Source of the DNA: an uncultured Gammaproteobacteria bacterium
Lineage (GTDB): Bacteria; Patescibacteriota; Patescibacteriia; Patescibacteriales; UBA12465
Direction of reading: 5' to 3'
DNA: 64,000 bases
Assembly (NCBI GenBank): GCA_964588435.1
Contig: CAZPPI010000003.1
Coordinates: forward strand, 52 to 64,051
In this document: piece after piece, positions 9,333-18,669 of the stretch
Numbering within the stretch: the first letter of the stretch is position 1
Layout of the letters: every line of letters starts with the position of its first letter
The notes under the pieces: model-generated
The model's input: the letters and a program-made list of their open reading frames with translations, nothing else
What the model was told of the DNA's origin: nothing
The model's database searches: none
Made by a program: the position numbers and the translations under genes

Positions 9333-10748
9333 ATGAAAAAAAGTGAATCTTTTTTTTCAGTTCTACTCGTCCCCTTAGATTTTTTCTTAATTATTTTAGC
9401 AGCCATTTCGGCTTATAAAATTAGATTTTCCCAGTCTTGGATTAATATTAGGCCAATTATTTTTGATTTGCCATTTAATGAGTATTTACAATCTTCTTTT
9501 TATGTCGCGATTTTATGTTTATTAATTTTTATTTTAGCTGGAATTTATCAGGTTAAAAGCACAAGACAAATAACCCAAGAACTACAAAAAATATTTTTTG
9601 CTAGTTCTACTGCATTAGCTTTAATTGCTATTATCATTTTTTTTCAACGCGATTTATTTGATTCTCGCTTCATTGTTTTAGTTGCTTATGTTTTAATTTT
9701 TGTTTATGTTGGCCTGGCTAGAATTTTGGTTCGCCGATTACAAAGATATTTATTAAAACATGGAATTGGTGTCCACCGAGTTATCTTGGTTGGTAATTCA
9801 AAAACGACGGAATACTTTTTATCTGAATTTTCAGCTAATAAAAAAATTGGCTTCCAAGTTGCTAAAAGACTTCGTGATTTTTCTTTAGAGAGTTCTAAAG
9901 AATTATTAGAGTTTATCGCTGAGAATGAAGTTGATGAAATAATTCAAGCCGATCCTAATTTGAGTAAGGCAGAGACAATGCGTCTTTATGACTTTGCAAC
10001 AGATAACCATATTGTCTATAAATATGTCGCTGATTTATTAGAGGTAAAAGTTTTGCGCTCTGAAGTGACCGAAGTGATGGGTGTGCCAATCGTTGAGGTC
10101 AAAAGAACAACCCTAGAAGGTTGGGGTAAAATTTGGAAACGTATTTTTGATGTTGCTGCTTCATTTTTGTTAATTGTGATTTTCTCGCCAATTATTATTT
10201 TAACTATTTTAGCTATTTGGCTTGATTCTAAGGGGCCAATCTTTTTTTCTAGGCGTGATAATGGTAGTCCAGTGACGAGAATTGGTGAGGGGGCTAAACC
10301 TTTCCGTTATTTCAAATTCAGATCAATGATTCCTAATACCGATAGTATGCGTTATAAAGAATTAGCTGACCGTAATCTTAGAGCTGATGGACCGATGGTA
10401 AAAATAAAAGATGACCCTCGGGTTACTCGGGTTGGAAAGTTTATTCGTCGTTGGTCGATTGATGAATTACCGGAATTATTTTTAGTTTTCATTGGACGGA
10501 TGAGTTTAGTTGGCCCAAGACCCCATTTACCAGAAGAGGTTGCTAAATATGAAAACTATCACCGCAAGACTTTATCGGTTAAACCAGGAATTACTGGCTT
10601 AGCTCAGGTTTCCGGTCGAAGTGATCTTGCTTTTGAGGAAGAAGTTAAATTAGACGTTTATTATATTGAGAACTGGTCTTTGATGCTTGATATCTCAATT
10701 TTATTTAGAACCCCTTTGGCAGTTTTTAAGCATCGTGAAGTAGAATAA
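9333..10748 (+). CDS. polyprenyl-phosphate sugar phosphotransferase (WbaP/EPS priming transferase family)
   Basis: Four to five N-terminal TM segments. The C-terminal bacterial sugar transferase domain has the motifs KFRSM, DELPELFLVFIGRMSLVGPRP and GITGLAQV. Confidence 0.85.
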   Translation: MKKSESFFSVLLVPLDFFLIILAAISAYKIRFSQSWINIRPIIFDLPFNEYLQSSFYVAILCLLIFILAGIYQVKSTRQITQELQKIFFASSTALALIAIIIFFQRDLFDSRFIVLVAYVLIFVYVGLARILVRRLQRYLLKHGIGVHRVILVGNSKTTEYFLSEFSANKKIGFQVAKRLRDFSLESSKELLEFIAENEVDEIIQADPNLSKAETMRLYDFATDNHIVYKYVADLLEVKVLRSEVTEVMGVPIVEVKRTTLEGWGKIWKRIFDVAASFLLIVIFSPIIILTILAIWLDSKGPIFFSRRDNGSPVTRIGEGAKPFRYFKFRSMIPNTDSMRYKELADRNLRADGPMVKIKDDPRVTRVGKFIRRWSIDELPELFLVFIGRMSLVGPRPHLPEEVAKYENYHRKTLSVKPGITGLAQVSGRSDLAFEEEVKLDVYYIENWSLMLDISILFRTPLAVFKHREVE

Positions 10749-10752
10749 AAAT

Positions 10753-11892
10753 ATGAAAATAGCTTTAATACACGATCATTTAGCACAAGATGGTGGAGCG
10801 GAAAAAGTTTTAAAAGTTTTTTCCGAAATGTTTCAGGCGGCCCCTATCTACACACTTTTATTTGAAAAAAAACATGTTAATAAATATTTTTCTGATAAGA
10901 AAATCGAGACTTCTATTATTCAAAAACTCCCATGGGGGGTTAAGCATTATCAGTGGTATCTAAGCTTGATGCCTTTAGCGATTGAGTTTTTCGATTTAAG
11001 ACAATATAAATTAGTAATTTCTGATACTAGCTCTTTTGCTAAGGGGGTTATTACCTCACCCGATGCTTTACATATTTGTTATTGTCATACTCCAACTCGT
11101 TATCTTTGGAGTGATACCCATCAATATATTAACGAGCTTAAATATAATAAATTTTTTAAGAAAATAATTTCTTTAGTTCTAAGTCGGATTAGACTTTGGG
11201 ATTATGCAGCGGCAGCCCGAGTTGATTTTTTTATTGCTAATTCTAAAACAGTCCAACAAAGAATCAAAAAATATTATCGTCGCGATTCAATTGTTATTTA
11301 TCCGCCAGTTGAAACTAATAAATTTAGTATCTATCAAGAAGGAGAAGTTAAAAAAGAAAAATATTTTTTAATCGGTTGTCGTTTAGCACCCTATAAGCGA
11401 GTTGATATTGTGATTGAGGCTTTTAAACGATTAGGTCCTGATTATAAACTAAAAATATTTGGTGATGGAATTGATTTGAAACGGTTAAGAAAAATAGCGG
11501 CTGAGGCAACTAATATTGAATTTTTAGGAAGAGTTAGCGATCAATATAAAGCCGAGCTTTATTCTAAGGCTGAAGCTTTTATTAATCCCCAAGAAGAGGA
11601 TTTCGGTATTACCGTCGTTGAGTCGATGGCGGCTGGTCGTCCAGTTATCGCTTATAAAAAGGGCGGGGCAACAGAGACGGTGGTTGAAGGCTTTAGTGGA
11701 GCTTTTTTTGAGGAGCAAACAAGCGATGCTATTTATGAAGCACTTAAAAATTTTGAAACTATGAATTTTGAACCAGAGAAAATTAAAAATTATGCTGAAA
11801 AATTCTCAGTTGCAAATTTTAGAAAAAAAATAGAAGCTTATATCGCCTGGGTTCAAGCTGGTGAAGAGGGAGAATTCCCGTTTAAAGATTAA
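10753..11892 (+). CDS. glycosyltransferase, GT4 family
   Basis: GT-B C-terminal motif EEDFGITVVESMAAGRPVIAYKKGGATETV. Confidence 0.8.
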   Translation: MKIALIHDHLAQDGGAEKVLKVFSEMFQAAPIYTLLFEKKHVNKYFSDKKIETSIIQKLPWGVKHYQWYLSLMPLAIEFFDLRQYKLVISDTSSFAKGVITSPDALHICYCHTPTRYLWSDTHQYINELKYNKFFKKIISLVLSRIRLWDYAAAARVDFFIANSKTVQQRIKKYYRRDSIVIYPPVETNKFSIYQEGEVKKEKYFLIGCRLAPYKRVDIVIEAFKRLGPDYKLKIFGDGIDLKRLRKIAAEATNIEFLGRVSDQYKAELYSKAEAFINPQEEDFGITVVESMAAGRPVIAYKKGGATETVVEGFSGAFFEEQTSDAIYEALKNFETMNFEPEKIKNYAEKFSVANFRKKIEAYIAWVQAGEEGEFPFKD

Positions 11893-11910
11893 ATTTAAAT
11901 AAATTTATCA

Positions 11911-13080
11911 ATGAAAATAGGGATTGATATTAGAGTTTTAATGGATAAAAATTATAGCGGCGTTTCTAAGTATGTCGCTAATTTATTATTGGCTTTATTT
12001 AAACAAGAACGGTCTGCTAATAGTTATAACCTATTTTATAATTCTTCGAAAAATATTAAAGAGCGTCTTAGTGTTTGGCAAAATGATTTTTCTCAGATTA
12101 AATCGTTGTCCTGGTCTAATAAGATTTTTAATTATTTTTTACAGAAAACTTTATCTTGGCCCAAGCTCGATTTGTTTTTAGGCGAACCAGATATTTTCTG
12201 GTCACCTCATTTTAATTTTTCAAGTTTTTCTAAAAAATCAAAAACTAAAAAAGTAATAACTGTCCACGATCTATCCTTTCTTCGTCATCCAGAATTTTTT
12301 TCTTGGCGTAAAAGATTTTGGCACTCAGCCCTGGGAATTAAAAAAATATTAAATCAGGCTGATGGTATCGTCGCTGTTTCTGAAAATACGAAGAACGATT
12401 TAATCGAACTTTTAGGGATCAATGAAAATAAAATTAGAGTAATTTACTCTGGTTTAAATCAGTCTATTCCGACTAATAAAATAATTCCGATAAGTAATTT
12501 TTTTCCCAAATTAAATTTAGAGTCAGGCTATCTTTTATATCTAGGGAATATTGAGCCAAGAAAAAATTTGGTTAATTTAATAAAGGCTTATGAACTTTGG
12601 CGTTTAAATTCGTCAAAGGAGAATAAAAACTTGCCGTTGGTTTTGGCTGGGGCTAGGGGTTGGCGGGTTAAGTCAATCTTTTCTGCTTGGCGAAAATCAG
12701 AGTTCAAAGATGATATCTATTTTCTTGGTTATGTAAATGATGAAATCCAAAAATCTTTGTATCAACATGCTAAGCTTTTTATTTACCCCTCTTTTTATGA
12801 GGGTTTTGGTTTCCCGCCACTTGAAGCTATGGCTCACTCTCTACCGGTTATAACCTCAAATGTTTCAAGTTTACCAGAAGTTGTGGCTGAGGCGGCCTTA
12901 ATAATTGACCCAAATAAAATCTCAGAAATTGCAGAAGCAATTGAAATTATTTTAAAGGATGATAACTATCGCCAAAATTTAATTATTAAAGGCCTAAAGA
13001 GAGTTGAATTTTTTTCTTGGGAGGATGTAGCCAAAAAATATTTGGTTTATTTTGATGATTTGCTGAAAGGAAAAAAATAG
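11911..13080 (+). CDS. glycosyltransferase, GT4 family
   Basis: YEGFGFPPLEAMAHSLPVITSNVSSLPEV motif. Confidence 0.8.
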   Translation: MKIGIDIRVLMDKNYSGVSKYVANLLLALFKQERSANSYNLFYNSSKNIKERLSVWQNDFSQIKSLSWSNKIFNYFLQKTLSWPKLDLFLGEPDIFWSPHFNFSSFSKKSKTKKVITVHDLSFLRHPEFFSWRKRFWHSALGIKKILNQADGIVAVSENTKNDLIELLGINENKIRVIYSGLNQSIPTNKIIPISNFFPKLNLESGYLLYLGNIEPRKNLVNLIKAYELWRLNSSKENKNLPLVLAGARGWRVKSIFSAWRKSEFKDDIYFLGYVNDEIQKSLYQHAKLFIYPSFYEGFGFPPLEAMAHSLPVITSNVSSLPEVVAEAALIIDPNKISEIAEAIEIILKDDNYRQNLIIKGLKRVEFFSWEDVAKKYLVYFDDLLKGKK

Positions 13081-14208
13081 ATGAGGAATAAAATTAATTT
13101 TATGAAAACTTTGAATAATAAGATTAAAAAAACTAGCCAAAAAAAAGTTTTAGTTGCGATGTCGGGCGGAGTTGACTCGAGTGTTGCCGCTTGCTTATTA
13201 AAAGATCAGGGTTACGATGTTGCCGGTGTTTTTTTGCATTTCTGGAAAGATAGGTCAGTTGGTTTTAAAGTTGAAAATCGTTGTTGTTCTTTGGAGTCAT
13301 TGCTTGATGCTAAAGCTGTAGCTACGAAAATTGGTATCCCTTTATTTACTTTTGATTATTCCGCTAAGTTCAAAGAAGAAGTCGTTGATACTTTTTTAAG
13401 TGAATATCAAGCTGGTAGAACACCAAATCCTTGTGTTACTTGTAATAAAAAAATTAAAACTGCTCGCTTATTAAAACAAGCGCGCGCGCTTGGCTTTGAT
13501 TATTTAGCGACCGGACATTATTTAAAAATTAAGAAAGAAGGAAGAGAATATGTTTTATTAAAAGCTAAGGATAAAAATAAAGACCAAACATATTTTCTTT
13601 ATACTCTATCCCAGGATGAATTAAAACATTTACTTTTTCCTCTTGGTGATTTTAAAAAACCACAAGTTAGAAAGTTAGCTGAAAAATATGGTTTAAAAAT
13701 TGCTGCCAAAGCTGAAAGTCAAGACATCTGCTTTCTAGCCGGTGATCACAATATATTTTTAAAAAAATTTTTAAAATTAAAATCGGGGGATATTAGAATT
13801 TTAGGAAGCAATGAAAAAATTGGCGAACATCTTGGTCTCCCGCTTTATACAATTGGTCAAAGACGTGGTTTGGTTGGTGGTATTGGTCCGTTTTATGTGG
13901 CTGACTTTGATTATAAGAAAAATATTTTATATGTTGTTAAAGAATGGAATGATAAAATTCTTTATAGGCGCGAATTTATCGTTAAAGATGTTAACTGGTT
14001 GAGCTTTAAATCGCCAAAGAGAAAATTTAAAGCCCAAGTTGTTATTAGATATGGTCATAAGGCAGTTAATTGCGAAGTTTTACCACTTAAAAATAAAAAT
14101 AATTATCAAGTTATTTTTAATCATCAACAAAGAGCTGTTACCCCTGGTCAAAGCGCTGTTTTTTATGATGGTCAAAAAGTTTTGGGTGGCGGCATAATTA
14201 TGTTATAA
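13081..14208 (+). CDS. mnmA: tRNA 2-thiouridine(34) synthase MnmA
   Basis: PP-loop VLVAMSGGVDSSVAA. NPCVTCNKKIK, ATGHY and KDQTYFL motifs. The true start may be the internal Met (MKTLNN). Confidence 0.9.
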   Translation: MRNKINFMKTLNNKIKKTSQKKVLVAMSGGVDSSVAACLLKDQGYDVAGVFLHFWKDRSVGFKVENRCCSLESLLDAKAVATKIGIPLFTFDYSAKFKEEVVDTFLSEYQAGRTPNPCVTCNKKIKTARLLKQARALGFDYLATGHYLKIKKEGREYVLLKAKDKNKDQTYFLYTLSQDELKHLLFPLGDFKKPQVRKLAEKYGLKIAAKAESQDICFLAGDHNIFLKKFLKLKSGDIRILGSNEKIGEHLGLPLYTIGQRRGLVGGIGPFYVADFDYKKNILYVVKEWNDKILYRREFIVKDVNWLSFKSPKRKFKAQVVIRYGHKAVNCEVLPLKNKNNYQVIFNHQQRAVTPGQSAVFYDGQKVLGGGIIML

Positions 14209-14305
14209 TTCTTTTGGCTCTTATAATTATAGTTTAATTCTAAAATAAACTATAGCCTCTAATAAATAATTACCTTATAGGGTAATTTAATTTTAAATAA
14301 ATAAT

Positions 14306-14662
14306 ATGGCTCAAGAAATTCCAGACATTTTTAAACGCGTTCAAGAAAATAAAAAAGAAAGTCGTGAGCTTAAAAAAGCTTATCGTGATGCCTTATCGGT
14401 TAATGGTGAGTATCAAGATTTAGTAGAAGAGCTTGAAGCTTTAAAATTAAAAAAGAAAAAAGTTGAAACTTCTATTAAAGATTCTTTTAAAGAAGAATTT
14501 GATAAACTTGAGGGTCTAAAATTACATATTGCTGGTGATAATCAGTTAATTAGCGATTTAGCGGTTAAAAAACTTTCAGAAGGAGAGTTGATTAAATTAG
14601 TTGATGAAAATAAAGTTGAATATGAGCCTGTTTTTTCTGTAAGATTTAAGAAAATTTCATAA
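14306..14662 (+). CDS. hypothetical small coiled-coil protein (118 aa)
   Basis: Intact ORF, charged with heptad-like sequence. No family recognised. Confidence 0.5.
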   Translation: MAQEIPDIFKRVQENKKESRELKKAYRDALSVNGEYQDLVEELEALKLKKKKVETSIKDSFKEEFDKLEGLKLHIAGDNQLISDLAVKKLSEGELIKLVDENKVEYEPVFSVRFKKIS

Positions 14663-14748
14663 AAAATTGACTTTTTCTCAAAAATATGAGATGGTATAAT
14701 CATTAAAAGTTAATTTTAGTTCTTAAAAAACAACAAAAAACAGATAAA

Positions 14749-15294
14749 ATGGGAAAGAATAAGGTTTGGGAAACTCCTAGTGAGCCCTATTTTTTTAAAA
14801 ATTCTTCAAGGTTCCAGGGAATGTTTCTAGAATCATTTATTTTTAATGATTCGGAAATTTTCTACGAACTTGAGTCGCGCCCCATTCGTCGAGAGGGAGA
14901 TGCTTTATCAAGGCACATTAAATTTCTTATTTCAGCTAGCAAAGAGCTGGAAGCAGAAAAAATTTGCCCTTTCTGTGGAGAAGCAAAAATTAAATTTTTG
15001 CTCTTTCTTAACTATTCAAGCCTTGATTTAAGGCTGAGCTGTTGTGACCAGCCTGCCTGTAAAGAGGCCTTGAAATCTGGCCGGCCAGAAAGCCGCTTTA
15101 TTTCTTTAAATCTAAATGGTTTAAGACAGTTCAGAGGCAAAACTATTAGAAAAAAAGCGGAATTGGTTTTTCGTCGGGCCTTCAAAGTCAAAAAAAATAC
15201 TTCTCCCATTGAAATTTTTAATAAGTTTTATGAAGCTTATTGGAAAAGTCAAGGAAAAAAAAGCGAGGCTAGACAAACTAGACTATTTGGTTAA
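14749..15294 (+). CDS. hypothetical Cys-cluster protein (181 aa), possible zinc ribbon
   Basis: CPFCG ... CCDQPAC cysteine cluster and a basic C-terminus. A TGnTATAAT extended -10 lies at 14692-14700. The stretch around 15040-15100 is locally more GC-rich by eye. Confidence 0.5.
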   Translation: MGKNKVWETPSEPYFFKNSSRFQGMFLESFIFNDSEIFYELESRPIRREGDALSRHIKFLISASKELEAEKICPFCGEAKIKFLLFLNYSSLDLRLSCCDQPACKEALKSGRPESRFISLNLNGLRQFRGKTIRKKAELVFRRAFKVKKNTSPIEIFNKFYEAYWKSQGKKSEARQTRLFG

Positions 15295-15348
15295 AATTAG
15301 CCCCCATTTTTTAGCTAGTTTCAATCGATATTCTCTGAGATTTAGTTA

Positions 15349-15378
15349 AAGTTCGCCTAACAAGTGAACTTTTTTTAT
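15349..15378 (+). terminator. rho-independent terminator
   Basis: 8-bp stem AAGTTCGC/GTGAACTT (one G-U pair), 7-nt loop, then TTTTTT. Confidence 0.55.
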
Positions 15379-15481
15379 TTATTAAGGTTTTTTGCTTCTT
15401 TCTTTGATTTTTTTGGATTTTATTGCTATAATAACTTTATAAACCAAGTTATGGTTTAAAAAAATAATTAATTTTAAAACT

Positions 15482-15913
15482 ATGGAAAATCTAAAAAATC
15501 TGAAAAAAAATAACAAAGTTTTGTTGTCTTCCAGTTTCTTTTTAATTGTTGTTTTATTAATTTTCTTGGTAGCTTTTTTCAAATTAGGAAAAAATATGGA
15601 TGAAATTAGTGGATTTATTATTAGGCAAGATCAAGGCGAGAATGCTCTAGCAGATGGAGAAATTTATAACGAAGAATCGTTTAGTAAATTAAGTTCTCGT
15701 CAAAGTTATTTAGTAAAAAATATCAGTGAATTATCTCCAATCAAAGAGGTTTTAGGTGGAAATTTTTATATCACAGAATTTACTTGGCATGATGAGAATT
15801 TAACTAAGATTAAGTATGAGGACGGTCATATTGCCCTTGAGGCAGAAGTTTCTTTTGATGCTGATAGCGATGACGTTGTCCCAAGTAATTTTGTTATTAC
15901 TAAAGAGAACTAA
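15482..15913 (+). CDS. hypothetical membrane-anchored protein (143 aa)
   Basis: Single N-terminal TM (LLSSSFFLIVVLLIFLVAFF). No family recognised. Confidence 0.5.
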   Translation: MENLKNLKKNNKVLLSSSFFLIVVLLIFLVAFFKLGKNMDEISGFIIRQDQGENALADGEIYNEESFSKLSSRQSYLVKNISELSPIKEVLGGNFYITEFTWHDENLTKIKYEDGHIALEAEVSFDADSDDVVPSNFVITKEN

Positions 15914-15950
15914 AATCGGGAAATAATAAAGAGAGAGGCGCCAAAAATCT

Positions 15951-17366
15951 ATGAGTAAGTTGTATTTATATAATTCTTTGAGTAAGAAAAAAGAAGAATT
16001 TCAGGCAATTTCTGCCCCGAAAGTCGGTCTTTATACTTGTGGACCGACTGTTTATAATTTTGCTCATCTTGGCAATCTTAGGACTTATTTATTTGAAGAT
16101 TTTTTAAAAAGAGTTTTGATGTATAACTCTTATAAAGTTTTTCATGTAGAAAATATTACGGACGTTGGACATTTAACTGGCGATATGGATATGGGAGAGG
16201 ATAAAATTGAAACTGGTGCTAAAAGAGAGGGAAGGAGTGCCTGGGAAATTGCTGAAAAATATAGCCTTGCTTTTAAAACTGATCTAGAAAAATTAAATAT
16301 TTTAATGCCTGATGTTTGGGAAAAGGTGAGCGATAATATTCCAGAACAAATTGAATTGATTAAAACTTTAGAGAAAAAAGGTTTTGTCTATAAAACTAGT
16401 GATGGTCTTTATTTTGATACTTCTAAATTTCCTGACTATAATAAGTTAAGCCATCTTTCGCTTGAGACTTTGAAAGAGGGTGCACGAGTAGAAAAGAATA
16501 ATGAGAAAAAAAATCCAACCGATTTTGCTCTTTGGAAATTTTCCAGTCTTGATAAAAAAAGACAGATGGAATGGGAATCGCCATGGGGGATTGGTTTTCC
16601 TGGTTGGCATATTGAATGCTCAGCTATTAGCCTGAAGCATCTAACTGAGAATTTAGATATTCATTGTGGCGGCGCCGATCATATAAATATTCACCATACT
16701 AATGAGATTGCTCAGAGCGAAGCGGCGACTGGTAATAAATTTTTTAATTATTGGCTTCATGGTGCTTTTTTAAATATTCCTGGTGGCAAAAAAATGGCCA
16801 AAAGTGATGATAATTTTTTGACATTAAAAAAGGCTTTAATTGATAAAAACTTAGATCCGCTTGCTTATCGTTTTGCTGCCCTTCAGGTCCATTATCGCAA
16901 ACCGATGGAATATTCTGAGGAAATTTTAAAACAAGCTCAAGAGGGTTTAAATAGTTTAAGGCGTCAATTTGCCAAACTTAATAAGAATCAGGGTGAGGCT
17001 AAAATTAATGAAGATTTAAAAAATAAATTTTTAGAAACAGTTAACGATGATTTAAACACACCAAAATCTTTAGCAGTTGTTAATTCGATTTTTAAGGCTG
17101 AAATAACTGAAGCCGAGAAATATGAAACTTTAATTGATTTCGATAGAGTTTTAGGTTTAAAATTAAGCGAGCTTTCAGGTGATGACGAGACTAAAGAAGT
17201 CCTCTCTAGTGATTTGTCAGAAGAAATAAAGCAAAAATTAAAATTAAGAATAATTGCTCGTCAAGAAAAAGATTTTGCTAAAGCCGATGCGCTACGTTTA
17301 GAAATTGAGGCGGCTGGTTTTATAGTTAAAGATGAAAAAAATGATTTCAAGGTTTTCAAAAAATAA
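15951..17366 (+). CDS. cysS: cysteine--tRNA ligase
   Basis: YTCGPTVYNFAHLGNLRTY (HIGH region), KMAKSDDN (KMSKS), and the class-I CysRS motifs WHIECS and GGADHINIHH. Confidence 0.92.
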   Translation: MSKLYLYNSLSKKKEEFQAISAPKVGLYTCGPTVYNFAHLGNLRTYLFEDFLKRVLMYNSYKVFHVENITDVGHLTGDMDMGEDKIETGAKREGRSAWEIAEKYSLAFKTDLEKLNILMPDVWEKVSDNIPEQIELIKTLEKKGFVYKTSDGLYFDTSKFPDYNKLSHLSLETLKEGARVEKNNEKKNPTDFALWKFSSLDKKRQMEWESPWGIGFPGWHIECSAISLKHLTENLDIHCGGADHINIHHTNEIAQSEAATGNKFFNYWLHGAFLNIPGGKKMAKSDDNFLTLKKALIDKNLDPLAYRFAALQVHYRKPMEYSEEILKQAQEGLNSLRRQFAKLNKNQGEAKINEDLKNKFLETVNDDLNTPKSLAVVNSIFKAEITEAEKYETLIDFDRVLGLKLSELSGDDETKEVLSSDLSEEIKQKLKLRIIARQEKDFAKADALRLEIEAAGFIVKDEKNDFKVFKK

Positions 17367-18360
17367 GAAGGATTTTTGGCAGAAATTAAAAAAACAAAGC
17401 CGACCAATTTTAGCTTTAGCGCCAATGGCCGGTTTTTCTGATTCTGCCTTTCGTCAAATTTGTAAGAAGAATGGGGCCGATGTTTTGTATAGCGAAATGG
17501 CTTCAACTGCTGCCCTTTATTATTTAGAAAAAAATCCGCGTAAAAAATTTTTAGCTAAGGGGGAGCGATTGGAAAGTGAGAAAACTCTAGATATCTTGCG
17601 CTTTGAAAAGAAAAGGGAAAAATATTTTGTTGCCCAAATATTTGGCTCGAATCCGGAGCATTTTGCCGTTGCTACAAAAATAATAACTGAAAAAATTAAA
17701 CCGGATGGGATTGATATAAATTTTGGTTGTCCGGTGCCAAAGATAATTAAACAAGGGGCTGGGTCTGGCTTGATGAAGGACTTGGTTCGTTCTCGGGAAG
17801 TTATTAAAGCGGTTTTAGATAATACAGATTTGCCTGTCTCTATTAAGATAAGACTTGAGAGCGGTCAAATTAACTTTAAAGATTTTTTACAAAATATTTC
17901 TGATTTGCCGATTTCCGCCTTAATGATACACGGTCGAACTTTAAAACAAGGTTTTGTCGGCGCCGCCGATTTTAAGGCAATTAAAGAAGCAAAAAAATAT
18001 TTCAAAGGAATTATCCTTGCAAACGGTGGGATTTATAACTTAGAAGAAGCACGAAAAGCTCTCAAGGAGAGCAAGGCTGAAGGACTAGGACTTGGTCGCG
18101 GAGTTCTTGGTCGTCCTTGGCTTTTTAAAGAAATTAAAAAAAATAAAGTTATTGATAAAAGTAAGGCTGAAATTTTTAAATTATTACTTGAACATGCTGA
18201 GCTCGGGCATAAATTAAAAGGGAAACGAGCGACTTATGAACTTAGAAAAAATCTTTGTTGGTATTTAAGGGGTGTTGAGGAGGCAGCTAAATTAAGAGAG
18301 TCTTTAGTCAAGGCTGAAAGTCTAAAAGAGATTAAAAAAATTTTTAAAACAAATTTATGA
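17332..18360 (+). CDS. dus: tRNA-dihydrouridine synthase
   Basis: LAPMAGFSDSAFRQIC, DINFGCP (catalytic Cys) and HGRT motifs. It overlaps the cysS 3' end by 35 nt; an alternative start lies at 17341. Confidence 0.88.
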   Translation: MKKMISRFSKNKKDFWQKLKKQSRPILALAPMAGFSDSAFRQICKKNGADVLYSEMASTAALYYLEKNPRKKFLAKGERLESEKTLDILRFEKKREKYFVAQIFGSNPEHFAVATKIITEKIKPDGIDINFGCPVPKIIKQGAGSGLMKDLVRSREVIKAVLDNTDLPVSIKIRLESGQINFKDFLQNISDLPISALMIHGRTLKQGFVGAADFKAIKEAKKYFKGIILANGGIYNLEEARKALKESKAEGLGLGRGVLGRPWLFKEIKKNKVIDKSKAEIFKLLLEHAELGHKLKGKRATYELRKNLCWYLRGVEEAAKLRESLVKAESLKEIKKIFKTNL

Positions 18361-18497
18361 TACTCTATATTGACACAACTTTAAAAGATAAAATATTTCT
18401 TGCCCCATTAAAAGAAGAAAAAAAATTTTTCAAACTATATGCTTTAAAAATTTCTGTCTTATTAGAACCAAATATTGGACAGAAAAAGTCCTGTTGA
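18357..18497 (+). pseudogene. 46-codon ORF, possible tsaB/yeaZ-like N-terminal remnant
   Basis: Its ATG overlaps the dus stop codon (ATGA). It translates as MILYIDTTLKDKIFLAPLKEEKKFFKLYALKISVLLEPNIGQKKSC. The M-I-L-x-I-D-T-S/T start resembles TsaB/YeaZ, but no GPGSFTG region follows in any frame. Confidence 0.25.
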
Positions 18498-18600
18498 TAA
18501 CTTTTGTTAAAAAAATAAATTTTTTCGTAATTTTAAAAGATGCTTGTTGATAAGTGTCTTTTTTTTATTATTTTCGCTTATATAAGCAATATATTAAGTG

Positions 18601-18629
18601 TTGACTCAAGGGTATAAGTGGTGTATAAT
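18601..18629 (+). promoter_or_regulatory. strong sigma-70-type promoter of the mraZ (dcw) operon
   Basis: TTGACT (18601-18606), 17-nt spacer, TATAAT (18624-18629). Confidence 0.7.
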
Positions 18630-18640
18630 TAAATTCGTAA

Positions 18641-18665
18641 GGTGATTTGTGGGGAACTAAGGTGA
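18641..18665 (+). promoter_or_regulatory. candidate MraZ operator: three G-rich boxes with about 10-bp phasing
   Basis: GGTGA at 18641, TGGGG at 18650 and GGTGA at 18661, between the -10 element and the mraZ ATG. The third box coincides with the likely Shine-Dalgarno sequence. Confidence 0.35.
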
Positions 18666-18669
18666 ATAT

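Noticed and set aside
18492-18553. Two copies of TGTTGATAA (18492-18500 and 18545-18553), each one mismatch from the DnaA-box complement TGTGGATAA, as a possible oriC.
   Set aside because: There are only two imperfect boxes and no dnaA or dnaN nearby. I could define no AT-rich unwinding-element pattern. The first copy is just the end of the small ORF (…TGT TGA TAA). The evidence is insufficient.
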